This document shows, in pieces, positions 29,383 to 42,738 of a stretch of 64,000 nt of DNA. The notes under the pieces are model-generated. The model saw only the letters and a program-made list of their open reading frames with translations, did no database searches and had not been told where the DNA came from. Positions within the stretch are counted from its first letter, which is position 1. Every line of letters starts with the position of its first letter. Origin of the DNA: Eledone cirrhosa (Eukaryota); contig OZ024741.1 in assembly GCA_964016885.1 (NCBI GenBank), forward strand, positions 170,438,001 through 170,502,000. The letters run 5' to 3'. A program made the translations under genes and the position numbers.

Positions 29383-30602
29383 AGTAATAATAATAAATTT
29401 GAAGACTAAAATCCAAAGAGGGCTCGATAAGGATAAATATATATCAAATATATAAGAACCGTATTTATTAAACTAACAGATTAAAGTTTAAGCAAAGAAT
29501 CGCTGCTTTCACCGTTAACGGGATCTTCTGAAACTAACAAATCTATCTGTGAACGCGGAAGTGAATATTTCAAAAAGGTTGCAACCGGGAGAAAGACAGG
29601 AAGACGATACTTTGGTTCGTGGAAACGTTCCCTGGCAAAGAACGGGAAAAAAACGAATATAATACGTCATTATTTGGAGCGGTGATAAACAATTACACGC
29701 AAAGACAAAACCATGTTTATGGTATAAAAGAAGTCGTAGACTAATATTCTATTAGGTGGTTCATGGCGCCGTTCTCTGGTAATGAACGAAAACAAATGAA
29801 GATAATACGTTAAATGTGGAACAGGGAGTACAATAGCACGCAAAGACAAAACCACGTAAATGCTATAACTGAAGTCGTAGACTAAAATACTAACTAGGAA
29901 ACCGAATGATTCTCGGCTTCAGAGTTAAGAATAAAGTAAATAAAATACAGAAGTAATCGAAATTAAATAAATACATACACGCATCCATATACGTACATAC
30001 ACAAGCATACGTGTTTGTAAAATGCTTCGTAATAAGGGAAAGAAAGATCTTAGCTAATAGTTTGGCCACCTCCATATTATATGGTGGGTTATACCATATA
30101 ATGCGTCGGGATCTATTTCTTCTAGGTCTATTCTCGTACTCTGTATATGCTATCTTATCGACAAATCCACTCCGAGTAAGGGCTTCATTGTAATATGTGG
30201 AATGGTCGTTGAAAATATGCTCGTTAGTAGATAGACGGGAAAGCTTCAAAGAAACGTTTCTTACCAGGTTCTTGGTTTTCATTGCCAGAGAACGTCTCTA
30301 TGAACCACCTAATAGAATATTAGTCTACGACTTCTTTTATACCATAAACGTGGTTTTGTCTTTGCGTGTAATTGTTTTTCCCCGCTCCAAATAATGATGT
30401 ATTATATTCGTTTTTCCCCGTTTTTTGCCAGGGAACGTTTCCACGAACCAAAGTATCGTCTTCCTGTCTTCCTCCGGTTGCAACGTTTTTTGAAATATTC
30501 ACTTCCGCGTTCACAGATAGACTTTGTTAGTTTCAGAAGATCCCGTTAAGGGTGAAAGCAGCGATTCTTTGCTTAAACTTTAATCTGTTATTTTAATAAA
30601 TA
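29383..30602. mobile_element. Fold-back PLE (family J) retaining an internally deleted ORF fragment
   Basis: Arms about 29462-29786 / 30278-30602. The minus spacer encodes LSRLSTNEHIF...YYNEALTRSG...RNRSRRIIWYNPPYN...KHF, homologous to the family A thumb/linker. Confidence 0.8.
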
Positions 30603-30621
30603 TATATATATATATATATAT

Positions 30622-30788
30622 AGTAATAATAATAAATTTGAAGACTAGAATCCAAAGAGGGCTCGATAAGGATAAATATATATCAAATATATAAGAATCG
30701 TAGAGCAAATATTTATTAAAATAACAGATTAAAGTTTAAGCAAAGAATCGCTGCTTTCACCCTTAACGGGATCTTCTGAAACTAACAA
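30622..30788 (-). mobile_element. Additional family J 3' terminus
   Basis: Direct match to 29383..29540, flanked by (TA)n. Confidence 0.8.
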
Positions 30789-30856
30789 TATATATATACA
30801 TATGTGTATGTGTATGTAGATGTATTGCCAGCACTTATGTATATATACATGTGTGA

Positions 30857-31045
<189 letters not shown>

Positions 31046-31291
31046 GGAATTTTCCAGTTAGATTTCAATATGTTCTTTACATGTTAGGACGAAAAACGAA
31101 AGGAAAATCATCACCTACAAAATCACCATCAAAAACATTTATTACCATTAGATCATAAAAGAATTTCTTCCTCACATTCTCACATTCTTCGCGCCAAATA
31201 TTTTCTTTTTATTCGCAATAAAAATGATTTGTTTGACAGTAAATTCGTTTTCTCTTCTTTAATTAATCTTCATGAAATGAAATCTGCCAAT

Positions 31292-31323
<32 letters not shown>

Positions 31324-32062
31324 TCATACATGTATAAGATTATACATGTATAAGATTACGTAGGATTATGGTGAATATATTTAAATAATTTCTATAGTTT
31401 TTATTATTTTTTAATCTAGTAGACGGTTTTGTTCTGTCGTTTACTATAAAGTTATAATAATTTTTTCTAGGTGTAGTAATTTCCAGATTTGTATTGAAAG
31501 GAAGGGAGATTGTTTGAGTTCTAATCTGAAAACCTTCCACTCCATTATCTATATGACTTTACAATCTGACAATTTTCATCTCTTTTTTTTTTACATTCTT
31601 ATGAAATATATTTCCAAAAAGATTCTTAGTGAGCCATAAAGATTATCTTGATAAAAATCACTGAGAACAGTTGCAATTCGAATATGTATAGATATGAAGC
31701 GTAATAACTCTATATATAGCAACCATGTTTCTAAAGTAGTCTGCACACATTCAAGTAAATCTGAAGTATTGAACATTCTCTTTATTTCTTTTATTTTTTT
31801 TATGAAGAGGCAGTTTTCCAACTTCAGGTCATAAACTATTTTAACATTGGTAGGCAACTGTAAATATATTTTTATATCTCTAATATTTATGTTAGGAAAT
31901 ATTATGCACACACACACGTCGGCAGCAGACCCAACGTAATATACACACACACACAGATACACACACACACATACTCTCTATTCCTCTCTCTCCCTCTCTC
32001 TTTTTCTAACACACAGACATTTATCTATCTATATGCCTATGTATCCATCTGTATATATATAT

Positions 32063-32366
32063 AAATTAATTGTGTCCGTAGGCGGTATGCTGAACGAGCA
32101 CTCGATGCATTTAGGGAGCAAATTATCAGTAATCATAATATATACGGGAAAAAGCATCAGTGTTGCACCATATACATATTCAATTACATATTACACATGT
32201 TTCACTGTCGATCAGCTAGCGGTTTACATGTTAATACATATCTGAGGGGTTTACGATTCCAGAGTCATGTTCGATCATTAATCGATCGTTTTTCGAGCTG
32301 ATCGACAGTAAAACATATGTAATATATAATTAAATATGTATATGATGCATCACTGATTCTTTGTTC

Positions 32367-32372
<6 letters not shown>
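32063..32372. mobile_element. Diverged family G fold-back element
   Basis: Arms about 32145-32218 / 32296-32372. Shares TAGGCRGTATG...GAGCACTC, TCGAGCTG and GATGCATCACTGA with 21598..22019. Confidence 0.65.
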
Positions 32373-32409
<37 letters not shown>

Positions 32410-32412
<3 letters not shown>

Positions 32413-33580
32413 AAATATGAGAATAAACGCGGCTGCGTGGTTGCTAATGGGTTACATATGAATAAAGTTAGTCCTTCATCAGTGATCTTCCAACCATCAT
32501 TGGTATTTCATCGATTTAAAGACCATATACCTCCGGTTGGTGCGAGCAACGGCTAAAAAAAGTCGTTGGGACACGTAAATAAAGGGGACACGAGAGTGTA
32601 AACAAACAAAGATGGTGAAGCAACGAAAAATGAGGAAGAAGGAGTCAAGTTCCAAATTTCCATGAATATAAATTCGGTGAAATCGCGAACGAGAGAGAAT
32701 AAAGACCATCATAACCTGGTTGGAATGTGAGCAAGGAAGGAATTCCGTACAGGTCTAACGGGAGGAAGAAGGGATCTAGTCTGTGAATTCGGTGAACGTA
32801 AGTTATGTAAAATCGTAGACGAGAGAGAGAAAGTGTCCCAACGACTTTTTTAGCCGTTGCTGCAACCAACCGGAGGTATATGGTCTTTAAAGCGATGAAA
32901 TACCAATGATGGTTGGAAGATCACTGATGAAGGACTAACTTTATTCATATGTAACCCATTAGCAACCATGCAGCACGTTTATTCTCATATTTACACATAT
33001 TTTTCCCCCCGCTGTGGCCCTTCTATTTCGTTCTTACTGCTTCCTCTTTCTCTGTATTTTTACCCTCTCTAACAGTCACTCTTTCTCTATTAGCCTCTTC
33101 CTCACCCTTCACTCACTCACTCTCTGTTACTACCTCTCCTCCTTCTTCCCGTTTCACCTGTGCGTAATTCTTTTCTTTCGCACCCTTTGTCAGGCAGGTC
33201 GCTTTTTTTCTCTCTCTCGTCTACGATTTTACAGAACTTACGTTCACCGAATTCACAGGCTAGATCCCTTCTTCCACCCGTTAGACCTGTACGGAATTCC
33301 TTCCTTGCTCACATTCCAACCAGGTTTGATGGTCTTTATTCTCTCTCGTTCACGATTTCACCGAATTTATATTCATGTAAATTTGGGACTTGACTCCTTC
33401 ACCCTCATTTTTCGTTGCTTCACCATCTTTGTTTGTTTACACTCTCGTGTCCCCTTTATTTACGTGTCCAAACGACTTTTTTTAGCCGTTGCTCGCACCA
33501 ACCGGAGGTATATGGTCTTTAAAGCGATGAAATACCAATGATGGTTGGAAGATCACTGATGAAGGACTAACTTTATTCAT
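32410..33580. mobile_element. Non-coding element (family K): inverted arm plus partial tandem of a 632-bp unit
   Basis: 32410-32830 is the reverse complement of the plus copies. 32833-32950 repeats at 33464-33580 (period 632). (TA)n flanks. Confidence 0.75.
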
Positions 33581-33581
33581 A

Positions 33582-33642
<61 letters not shown>

Positions 33643-33646
33643 ATTA

Positions 33647-33976
33647 CAAAATATGAGGAAATAATAGACAAAAATATACCTAATTTTTCTTCAAAGTCCC
33701 GACTGCAGTTTCGCCTATTCGTGTGCAACGATTTCTGCACTTTAAAAGTGCATCATCGCTGTGAGGTTGATAGGGCTCATCAAAAGACCCCTCAGAAAAA
33801 CGTACTGTTTCCTGACGCGTTTATAGCAAGTGAGAAAGTCTCAGATGCGGAGGGAGAGATTAACACGTGATATAGTGGTGAAAAAAAGGATTGTTTCTTT
33901 TGTGCAAGTGAGAATTTCTCGGAGGACGAGGAGAGAGATGAACACATTATACAGTGGTCACAGAAGGGTACCACAC

Positions 33977-34019
<43 letters not shown>

Positions 34020-34543
34020 TATGAATATATGTGTGTATTTCATTATTATATTGTCCCAAACTCCCCTATGGTCGAGTTAACCACGAGTGTATTAACTACA
34101 TTTAGTCTATCAAATACGTTATTCGATCCCTGTCCACCTTACTACACTTCTGTGACCATTGTATCATGTGTTTATCTCTCTCCTCGCCTCCCGAGAAATT
34201 CTCACTTGCTACAAAAGAAGCAATCCTTTTTTTCACCACTATATCACGTGTTAATCTCTCCCTCCGCATCTGAGACTTTCTCACTTGCTATAAACGCGTC
34301 AGGAAACAGTCCATTTTTCTGAGGGGTCTCTTGATGAGCCGTATCAACCTCAGAGAAATTATGCACTTTTAAAGCACAGAAATCGGTGCACACGGATCGG
34401 CGAAACTGCAGAAAATATAGGTATATTTTTGTCTATTATTTCCTCATATCTTGTTATATAGCTCTGATTATGGAGTTGATTTAATTATTTTAGTTATTTT
34501 AACTTTCTCGGTCATCGAGCAACACTTGTTAAGGCGGACACCA
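33647..34543. mobile_element. Fold-back element (family L) with long-stem-II hammerhead
   Basis: Arms about 33647-33967 / 34148-34453. Minus 33696..33788 reads GTCTT-TTGATGA-GCC...GGC-GAAA-CTGCAG-TC-GGGAC. The plus copy has lost the cleavage site. Confidence 0.75.
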
Positions 34544-34587
34544 CACACACACACACACATATACATTTGAATATGTGTGTGTATTTC

Positions 34588-34661
<74 letters not shown>

Positions 34662-34691
34662 TGTGTTTGTGTGTGTGTATATATATATATA

Positions 34692-34830
34692 TCAGATAGT
34701 GTGTGGTAAAAACCAGGTAGACCAAAACCTATCAGGGTATTCGATTCTTGGGGTAATAGAGTGGGCAATATGAAAGATTCAGGACCCCGACCGCTGAGCT
34801 CCGGCCGCCGGGGTCTTGAATCTTTTCATA
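34692..34830. mobile_element. Miniature fold-back terminus related to family E
   Basis: TGTGGTAA..ACCAGGT.GACCA, TAGAGTGGG.AATA and GACCCCGAC.GCTGAGCTC are shared with 16216..16330; short inverted arms. Confidence 0.65.
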
Positions 34831-35006
34831 TATGTATATGTGTAAATATCTTTGTGTGGTTGTATATTATAAATGTGTTTATAATATATGTTTGTATGTG
34901 TGAGAGAGAGATTATGTTATAAAAATTGGTGTATAATATTTTATGCATATACATGAAAATAATATACTTATAGATATTACGATATATATATATATATATG
35001 TATATT

Positions 35007-35062
<56 letters not shown>

Positions 35063-35064
35063 AA

Positions 35065-35143
<79 letters not shown>

Positions 35144-35191
35144 TTACATATATATATATATGTGTGTGCAGATATATATATATATATATAT

Positions 35192-35623
35192 TTTCTTTTT
35201 ATTTAGGTTTGTTGGTTCACCACTGGATAGAACTGGTCATTCCGTATGGTCAATCTCGATGTAATATTATGGAGAGCACTCAATGTAATGCAACTCACCC
35301 GTCTTCGCTTGTGTAGTTGGTGGTGCAAGTACGGAGTTAATTATTATAAAATAACCGGAGGCTGGACTGGTGTAAATCCTTGAAAGGTTTATTATACTAT
35401 GATCATTTCAATGACCGGGTTCAGTATGAATCCAGTGATAGCATCATGTATTCAAAATATAACAAAGGAATATAACAGATAAAATGGATTTTATCTGTTA
35501 TATTCCTTTGTTATATTTTGAATACCTGATGATATCACCGGATTCATACTGAACCCGGTCATTGAAATGATCATAGTATAATAAACTTTTCAAGGATTTA
35601 CATCAGTCCACCCTCCTGTTATT

Positions 35624-35630
<7 letters not shown>
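35192..35630. mobile_element. Fold-back element (family N): 143-bp arms, 2-nt loop, about 150-nt left tail
   Basis: 35343-35485 / 35488-35630. HHR at 35522..35579: ATAC-CTGATGA-TATCACCGG...CCGGTCATT-GAAA-TGATCA-TA-GTAT. Confidence 0.8.
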
Positions 35631-35683
<53 letters not shown>

Positions 35684-35684
35684 T

Positions 35685-38008
35685 ACTAAAATAAACGGTA
35701 GTGTCCAATTCGTATGTAGAACTCAATGTAATCCAAATATAGAAGATATCATGAAAAGAGAAAATGCATTCAAAAATTAACGAGAAAAATCATAAGAAAA
35801 CAGAGTTAAGATAAATTAATAAAAACAATGAAATAAAAACAAAGAACAGGTTCCTTATATTGAAAAATTCATCATCTTACGATCGGTTCTGGGATATATA
35901 TGTGTATGTTGGTATGTATATGATGTTAAAGATCTATGTAAAAAAATATTACAAATTATCAGAGGAGATATAAATACCTTCACCTATACATACCATCTTC
36001 AGAAATGATGAAGTATGTTTATTGAAAGAAACAAAGTATTAATATAAAATGTTTGTTTGGGAACAGGTTTTGAATTGACCAATAGAAAACAGTTAGAGGT
36101 CAAGTTGATTGAATTACAGTAGTAGAACTTGATGGTAGGTGTGGAGGAATGTAAATTTATGCTTTGAATGAAAAAAATACAATGGGGAAGTGAAAGATAG
36201 GGGTTAAAATGAGGTCAAATCAATGAGATAGTGAAGAATACTGTTAAAAGCGAAGGGAAAGAAATTTGTGGGATGAGAGTGTTAGTGAGAAATACTAATC
36301 TTATTTAAATTTTAAGGAACCTAGATACATAAAAGGAAATTAAATTAATTGATAGTTATACTTACAGAGTTAAAATTATATTAATTCTTATGAATGTGAT
36401 AAATAAAGAAGTACAAAATAAAAAAAATTAAAAATATATATAGAAAAACTGAAATAGATAAAATTTTATCAAAAGCAGTGTATCCATCTAAACATCCATA
36501 ATATTAAAGATATTAATTATATTTAATAATCGTAGGTATTAAATGTGATAACTAGGGGATACGGTTAAAAGAAGTAGTGAGGTTAAAGATAACTTTAGGT
36601 AAAGTAAGAGGGAAATAAAATTATAAAATTCTCTGTAGTAAATTAAAAAAATTGAAAAAATTAATCGTAATGATTTGTAAAATATAAGAGTGAGGTATAT
36701 ACTAATTAAGTTTATAATACTTGAAGGTTTTTCTAATTCTATGATTGCATGATATAATTAACTCCTGTCGCTTATTTGTCGCTTATTTAATAGGGTATCA
36801 TTAGATTTCATGATTTTAAAAAGTTCTTGGGAGCATAACCTACATTCATATCTGCTATTTTGATAAGGGGTGGCCCTTATCAAAATAATCTCCAATACAA
36901 ACACAACTCTACTAGCTCCACATCCCCTAAACTATCACCTACCAACAACCTATCTAACCATACTAATCTAAACCATACATTAATGAAAATAGTAACACTA
37001 ATACCACTATAGATAACACAATTAACTCTCCTGATACAATATTTACGAATGGTTGTAACTGTAGAATCAAAAGATTAAAGGGAAATTGTCTTATTAATAA
37101 CATAGTCTATAAATGTGTAATTATTACTGAGGTCTCCTCTCAATCCTATATAGGAGCTACGTCTAACCAATTTAAAGTAAGATTTAATACCCACAAACAT
37201 AGTTTTAAAAATGCCGCATTAGCTAATACAACCTCCTTGGCTGAAGCAATTACTCATTATAGAAAGAGGGATATCCATTACAACCTGACCTGGCGCGTGC
37301 TCAAATGGGCCACCCCTTATCAAAATAGCAGATATGAGTGTAGGTTATGCTCTTAACAACTATTTGAAATCATGAAATCTAATAATATTCTATTAAATAA
37401 GCGACAGGAGTTAATTATATCATAGAATTAGAAAAACCTTCAAATAATATAAATTTAATTAATATATACCTCACTTTTATATTTTACAAATCATTATGAT
37501 TAATTTAAAAAAAAATTAACTTAGTTAGCCCATAATTAGAAATTTACTACAAAGAATTTCATAATTTTATTTCCCTCTTACAGCTCAGTTTACCTAAAGT
37601 TATCTTTAATCTCACTACTTGTTTTAACCGTATCCCCTATTTATCACATTTAATACCTAGGATTATTAAATATAATTAATATCTTTAATATTATGGATGT
37701 TTAGATAGATACACTGCTTTTTATAAAATTTTATCTATTTCAGTTTTTCTATATATATTTTTTTATTTTTTCATTTTTTTACTTCTTTATTTATCACATT
37801 CATAAGAATTAATATAATTTTAACTCTGTAAGTATACCTATCAATTAGGTATGTATATCTCCTCTGATAATTTCTAATATTTTTTTACATAGATATTTAA
37901 CATGATATACATACCAACACAGATATCTCCCAGAAACGATTGCAAAATGCTGAATTTTTCAATATAAGAAACCTGTTCTTTGTTTTTATTTCAATGTTTT
38001 TATTAATA
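35685..38008. mobile_element. Fold-back insertion of a diverged family A subfamily (A')
   Basis: Minus arm 35685..about 36880 (pLTR, UTR, EN end). Plus copy encodes GCNCR...GNCLINNIVYKC...SYIGATSNQFKVRFNTHKHSFKNAALANTTSLAE (about 37050-37455). pLTR homologous to about 350-725; HHR about 35870..36010 minus. Confidence 0.85.
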
Positions 38009-38371
38009 TATATATATAAATAGAATATAGAATAACCAGAATAACCACTTTGAAGATGTCAACAGTGATTACCCACAAGAAACTGGGCGAAAAAACGATC
38101 TAAACCTGAAAGCAAACCTAGGTCATTTTTCCAGATTGTTAAAAATAATGCTAACAAAAAATGGAAAATAATATACATAATACCAAAAATAGGACAAAAA
38201 ACATAACGAAACTAAGTATAATATCACACCAAATGTTCATCAAGCAAACACCAACAGGAATATAAATCCTGAACAAGAGAAAAATCCATTTTTTAACGTC
38301 AGGACAACAAAAACTGGAAAAAGAATAACTCCAGGAGGAAAATACCCAAAACAACTGAACACGTAGATCCT

Positions 38372-40578
38372 AAAATAATTAATTTATCCAAAAGAGATCT
38401 TGACAAAGATGAAATGCAAATTCTGTCAAAAGGACTGAAATTTACACCGACTCCAACAGTCAACCACCAAGAACTAAAGGAGGATAACCAAGAATTCTGT
38501 TGTAAATTACGACTTGTAGAATTCTTCGCTGATAAAAGTAATGAGAATGATGAATCACTAGTAAAGATAAATCAAATTTCAATCCGCCAAAACGAAGAAA
38601 TATCTATCTCGACCAATACAGTGATATCCTGTCTAAATTTCCTCGTAGACGTAATACTAATGTTAGTCCAAATATTAACAAATCGGAAATGTTTGCACTT
38701 AAACGTATACAAAATGATAAAACAATAATAATTAAGCAAGCAGATAAAGGGGAAGCAATTGTCATAATGGATGCTAAATACTACAAAGATTTGGTTGAGG
38801 AACAACTGAAAGACACAGCATTCTACCATGAAATACCGTCAAATATAGACCACAACATCATGAAGAATATCAACAACCTGGCTTCAAAATACTACAACTC
38901 ACTACTGATAAGGAAAGAGACTATATCACCAATTTTAAGCCAAAACCCAGGAACCTGTATGGCTTACCGAAAATTCATAAGTCCAAAGAAATCCAACTGG
39001 CAGTAAAAGAACAAAAGAGTGAGTACATTAAATTACTACACCCAAAAGACTTAAAACTTAGACCTATTATAGCTGGTCCAATATGCCCTACCCACCGTCT
39101 AAGCAATTTTGTTGACATTATTTTGAAACCACTATGTATTCACATACCCAGTTTCATCCGGGATGATATCGACTTCCTGTCCCATCTTCCCCAAACCACG
39201 GAAACGAATTCACTTCTACATAGTTTTTGATGTGGTAAGCCTTTACAGCAACATTAAACATGATTTAGGAATAAAGGCGGTTAATAGTGGGTGGAAAAAC
39301 ATAGCGAAGTGATTCCCACCAGATTCACAGTGCCATTTATATTAGACGCAGTCAGACTTATTCTGGAAAACAATACTTTCTTCTTCAATGGAAAGAATTA
39401 CATCCAAATTTGAGACACACGATATGAACGAAGTTTGCTCCCGTTTACGCGTACTCTGTAATGGGATACTTAGAACAACAACTCTACCAAGAAATAGAGG
39501 AAAATTATAGCACTGAATTTAGAAAGTACATTGAAAAGTCTTGGAAGACATACCTTGACGACTGTTTCATCATCTGGATAGAATTTCTAGATACTCTGGA
39601 TGAGTTCAATATCCTCCTGAATAACCTACACCCATCTCTCCAATTTACAAAAGAGATGAGTAGTACCAAATTACCATTCCTAGATATAATGGTAATAAAA
39701 AACGACACCACCATTACCATGGATATATAATATAAACACACAGACACCCATCAATATATGAATTTTAAGTCGTGCCATCCACCTCATACAAAACGCAACA
39801 TCCCATACTGCCTAGCCAGAAGAATTTGTACCATTGTAGAAGATACGAATACCAGGAACAAACGCCTAACAGAACTGAGAGAATTTTTGCTCAAACAAAA
39901 ATACCCATCTCTACTTATAGAAAATGGCATACAGCGGGCTATAAAAATACCTATACAACAACTTAGGACAACCCAAGGAAGAAGAAACCAAGAACTGGTC
40001 ATACCATTTATAATGACACACAACCCATGCCACCAGAATATCTTCAACACTGCCAAAGCAAACCTACTGATCATTGCTCAAATAATGAATTAAAAGGTTT
40101 AATCACAGACCGATCTTTGACTCTGAGTAAAAGACAGCGGAAAAATTTGAAGCAATTACTAACAAAGGCAAAGTTTGAGCTTAACAACAAAGATCAATCA
40201 TTCACTGTATCTAAATGCAATGATAGCCGATGTGGCACATCTCAGTTCATACATACTGGTCAATATATGAACACAAAAACTGGAAAAATATTCCCAAATG
40301 AAAATATGAAGTGCAAAAGCAGAAATCTAATTTACTGCATTAAATGCCCAAATTTTGGAAATGCACTATCGGAACGTGCACGGGTGAACGGGGGCACCAA
40401 CAGCAAATCAGAAACCCAAATGTCCGTCAGATACCTAAGTAACCATCTAGCAACATGTGGTCAAGAAATATTTATAATATTTCCATTCTACAAACTACAC
40501 AGCCCAAGTGAAATCAAGAGAAAAATTAAAGAAAAGAATGTTATTGATAAATTCCAACCCAAGCTAAATGAACAATAA
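38372..40578 (+). pseudogene. Degraded PLE RT plus GIY-YIG of a distinct (Neptune-like) family C
   Basis: IINLS, ILSKGLKFTPTP, IIIKQADKG, YGLPKIHK, LRPIIAGP, FDVVSLY, YLDDCF, LPFLD, SCHPPHTKRNIPY, KC-x3-RC, NLIYCIKCP, QPKLN; many frameshifts. 3' UTR to about 41163, then (TA)n. Confidence 0.85.
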
Positions 40579-41167
40579 TAATGCTTAGGGGTATTACTTC
40601 TAATATGACTACGCCTACGACCATGTCGACTACCATAACTAACAACAACAACAATAATAATAATAATAAAAGTGTTGTTGATGATTACTGAAGATTTTTT
40701 TATAAAAACCCTACAAAATGCTATTATCATTATTTCTAAAAATAGCAAAACCATTGATGCTTTGGATAGGGTCAAATAAAAGTCGTTAGACATGCTCAAC
40801 CAACCGTGACGCCTAAACCAATCAGCTTTAGTAATCTAGTGAAACTACACACCGATTGGTCGAAATACAGTTTGCAAAACTTAGCACTCTATAGCCCCTT
40901 TTTACTGTATATAATGCAAAGATTTTAGCCATCTCATTACAGTCGAAAATTGCAAACTTGACTGTCACCACTGAACATGAAACTGAAGATTGCGAAAGCG
41001 TGAAGTACTTGTTCAATTAACACTTAACATTTAATATTCTACCATACTATTTCATTCTAATACCATTATAAATTTTAAAGGATTGTAAATAAAACGAGTA
41101 AATCAGACGAAGTTGGAAATACTTTTATTAATATAATCTTCTATACACAATCGTACACATCCGTGTA

Positions 41168-41302
<135 letters not shown>

Positions 41303-41713
41303 ATACTTTCGGAGGGTCATGTTGCCAATAAGAAACACACGCACCAGATGCTTTCACTTCAGTTTATTATATATTTATAAATTTACAAGTTTATAAATTT
41401 ATAAATTTCTGGTTGGTTGGTTGGTTCCACAACCAGATAGTTGTTTATATATAGTCATAGTCCTTTCGTCACACACTCTGTGACCTCTTCAGTGACTGGG
41501 GATTCCTTTCTTTGTTTCTGTGCCTCTCCTTTGTTCTGTCCTACGCCATTTTGTTTCTGTGTGTGTGTTGTGTGCTCAGTCTGCGCATGCGCCACATCCG
41601 GGTGTCTGTGTGTGTTTATGTTCATTTATCTATTTGTTTATTTATTTATTTATTTATTTACATGTTACTCGTTGGTTGTTTGTTCTATGTGTGTGTGTGT
41701 TTTCACTTTGTCC

Positions 41714-42735
41714 TTAATTGTAAGTTGTGATGTTGCTGTTCCACTCATATTTTCTATTTAATTTTGGTTGTAATTCTTTTATGTTTATTGCCTCTGTAAT
41801 TTGTCTAAACATTGCATCTTTTCTGTGTGTAGATTCTATTTTTATTTCTATGTTCTCTAATTTACCCTTGTGTTCTATATTAGCATGTTGGTAGAGTACA
41901 GATGATTCTTTATTATCTTGAAGGTCTCGCCAGTGTTCATTTATCCGTTCCCCTATACTACGAGCTGTCTCACCTATGTACACTATATTTTTGTCTCTAC
42001 ATTGTCCTTCAGTACATCTTATGCTATACACTACATTTCTAGTTTTACAGTTAATATGGGGGCTTATTTTACAGGTTATACATTTCTTATCTATACATGA
42101 GGGTCTTTGAAAAGGGTATGTCTTGCTAATAAGTGTTTTTACGGAGGTACCTGGTCTTTCTACTATCTTAATATTGAGTTTATGTTTATTTAGGTCCCTT
42201 CTAAATTTGTAGGCTAGTTCGCCTCTAGGGGTTGTATCGATGAACATTACACTCTGGTATTTATTGCTATCATACCATGAGTTTATTCTATTAGCCCTGT
42301 TCCTAGTTCTTTCTATTCCATTCCAAAATTTGCTCCTATACAAGGGGCAGGTCCCATTTATGTCATTATTTACCATTTTTTCCCATTTGGTTCTGGCTCC
42401 TCTATACATCTGATTCTATCTCTCTGATTGTAGCCAGAGAACTGCATACTGTGGATGAAGTGTTGTATGTGTCTCTCTAGTTCTTCGGGGTTGCACATGC
42501 GGGACACATTTCTCATTACCCGTACCAAATCCGCAATCAGTATGTTCATCTTGGTATGGTCCGAAATGGCCGAGTTTCGGTGGATCAGATGTTTGGAAGT
42601 CATGGGTTTGGCATAATGGGAATGGAGGATTTGTTTTTTGTTGTTAATGGTATCTAACCAGAGCTCTGTGTCTAGTACAGGTAATCGATGGTTGGGGTGT
42701 CTACTTGGGTAGTCTATAGTAACTCTAATGCTCTA
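41714..42735 (-). pseudogene. 5'-truncated family D thumb plus GIY-YIG (frameshift near 42410)
   Basis: ORFs 42370..42603 and 41714..42409; NVVYSIRC...YIGETARSIGERINEH. Confidence 0.88.
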
Positions 42736-42738
42736 ATG

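Noticed and set aside
30525-30570. Hammerhead in family J (CAGAAGA...GAAA)
   Set aside because: The core is altered in all copies, and I found no convincing stem I or NUH site.
31140-31900. Possible old LINE or host exon remnant
   Set aside because: No recognisable motifs or supported splice structure.
40972-41016. Hammerhead in family C 3' UTR (CTGAAGA-TTGCGAAAGCGT-GAAG)
   Set aside because: Plausible relic, but GAAA is mutated and the stem I register is unclear.
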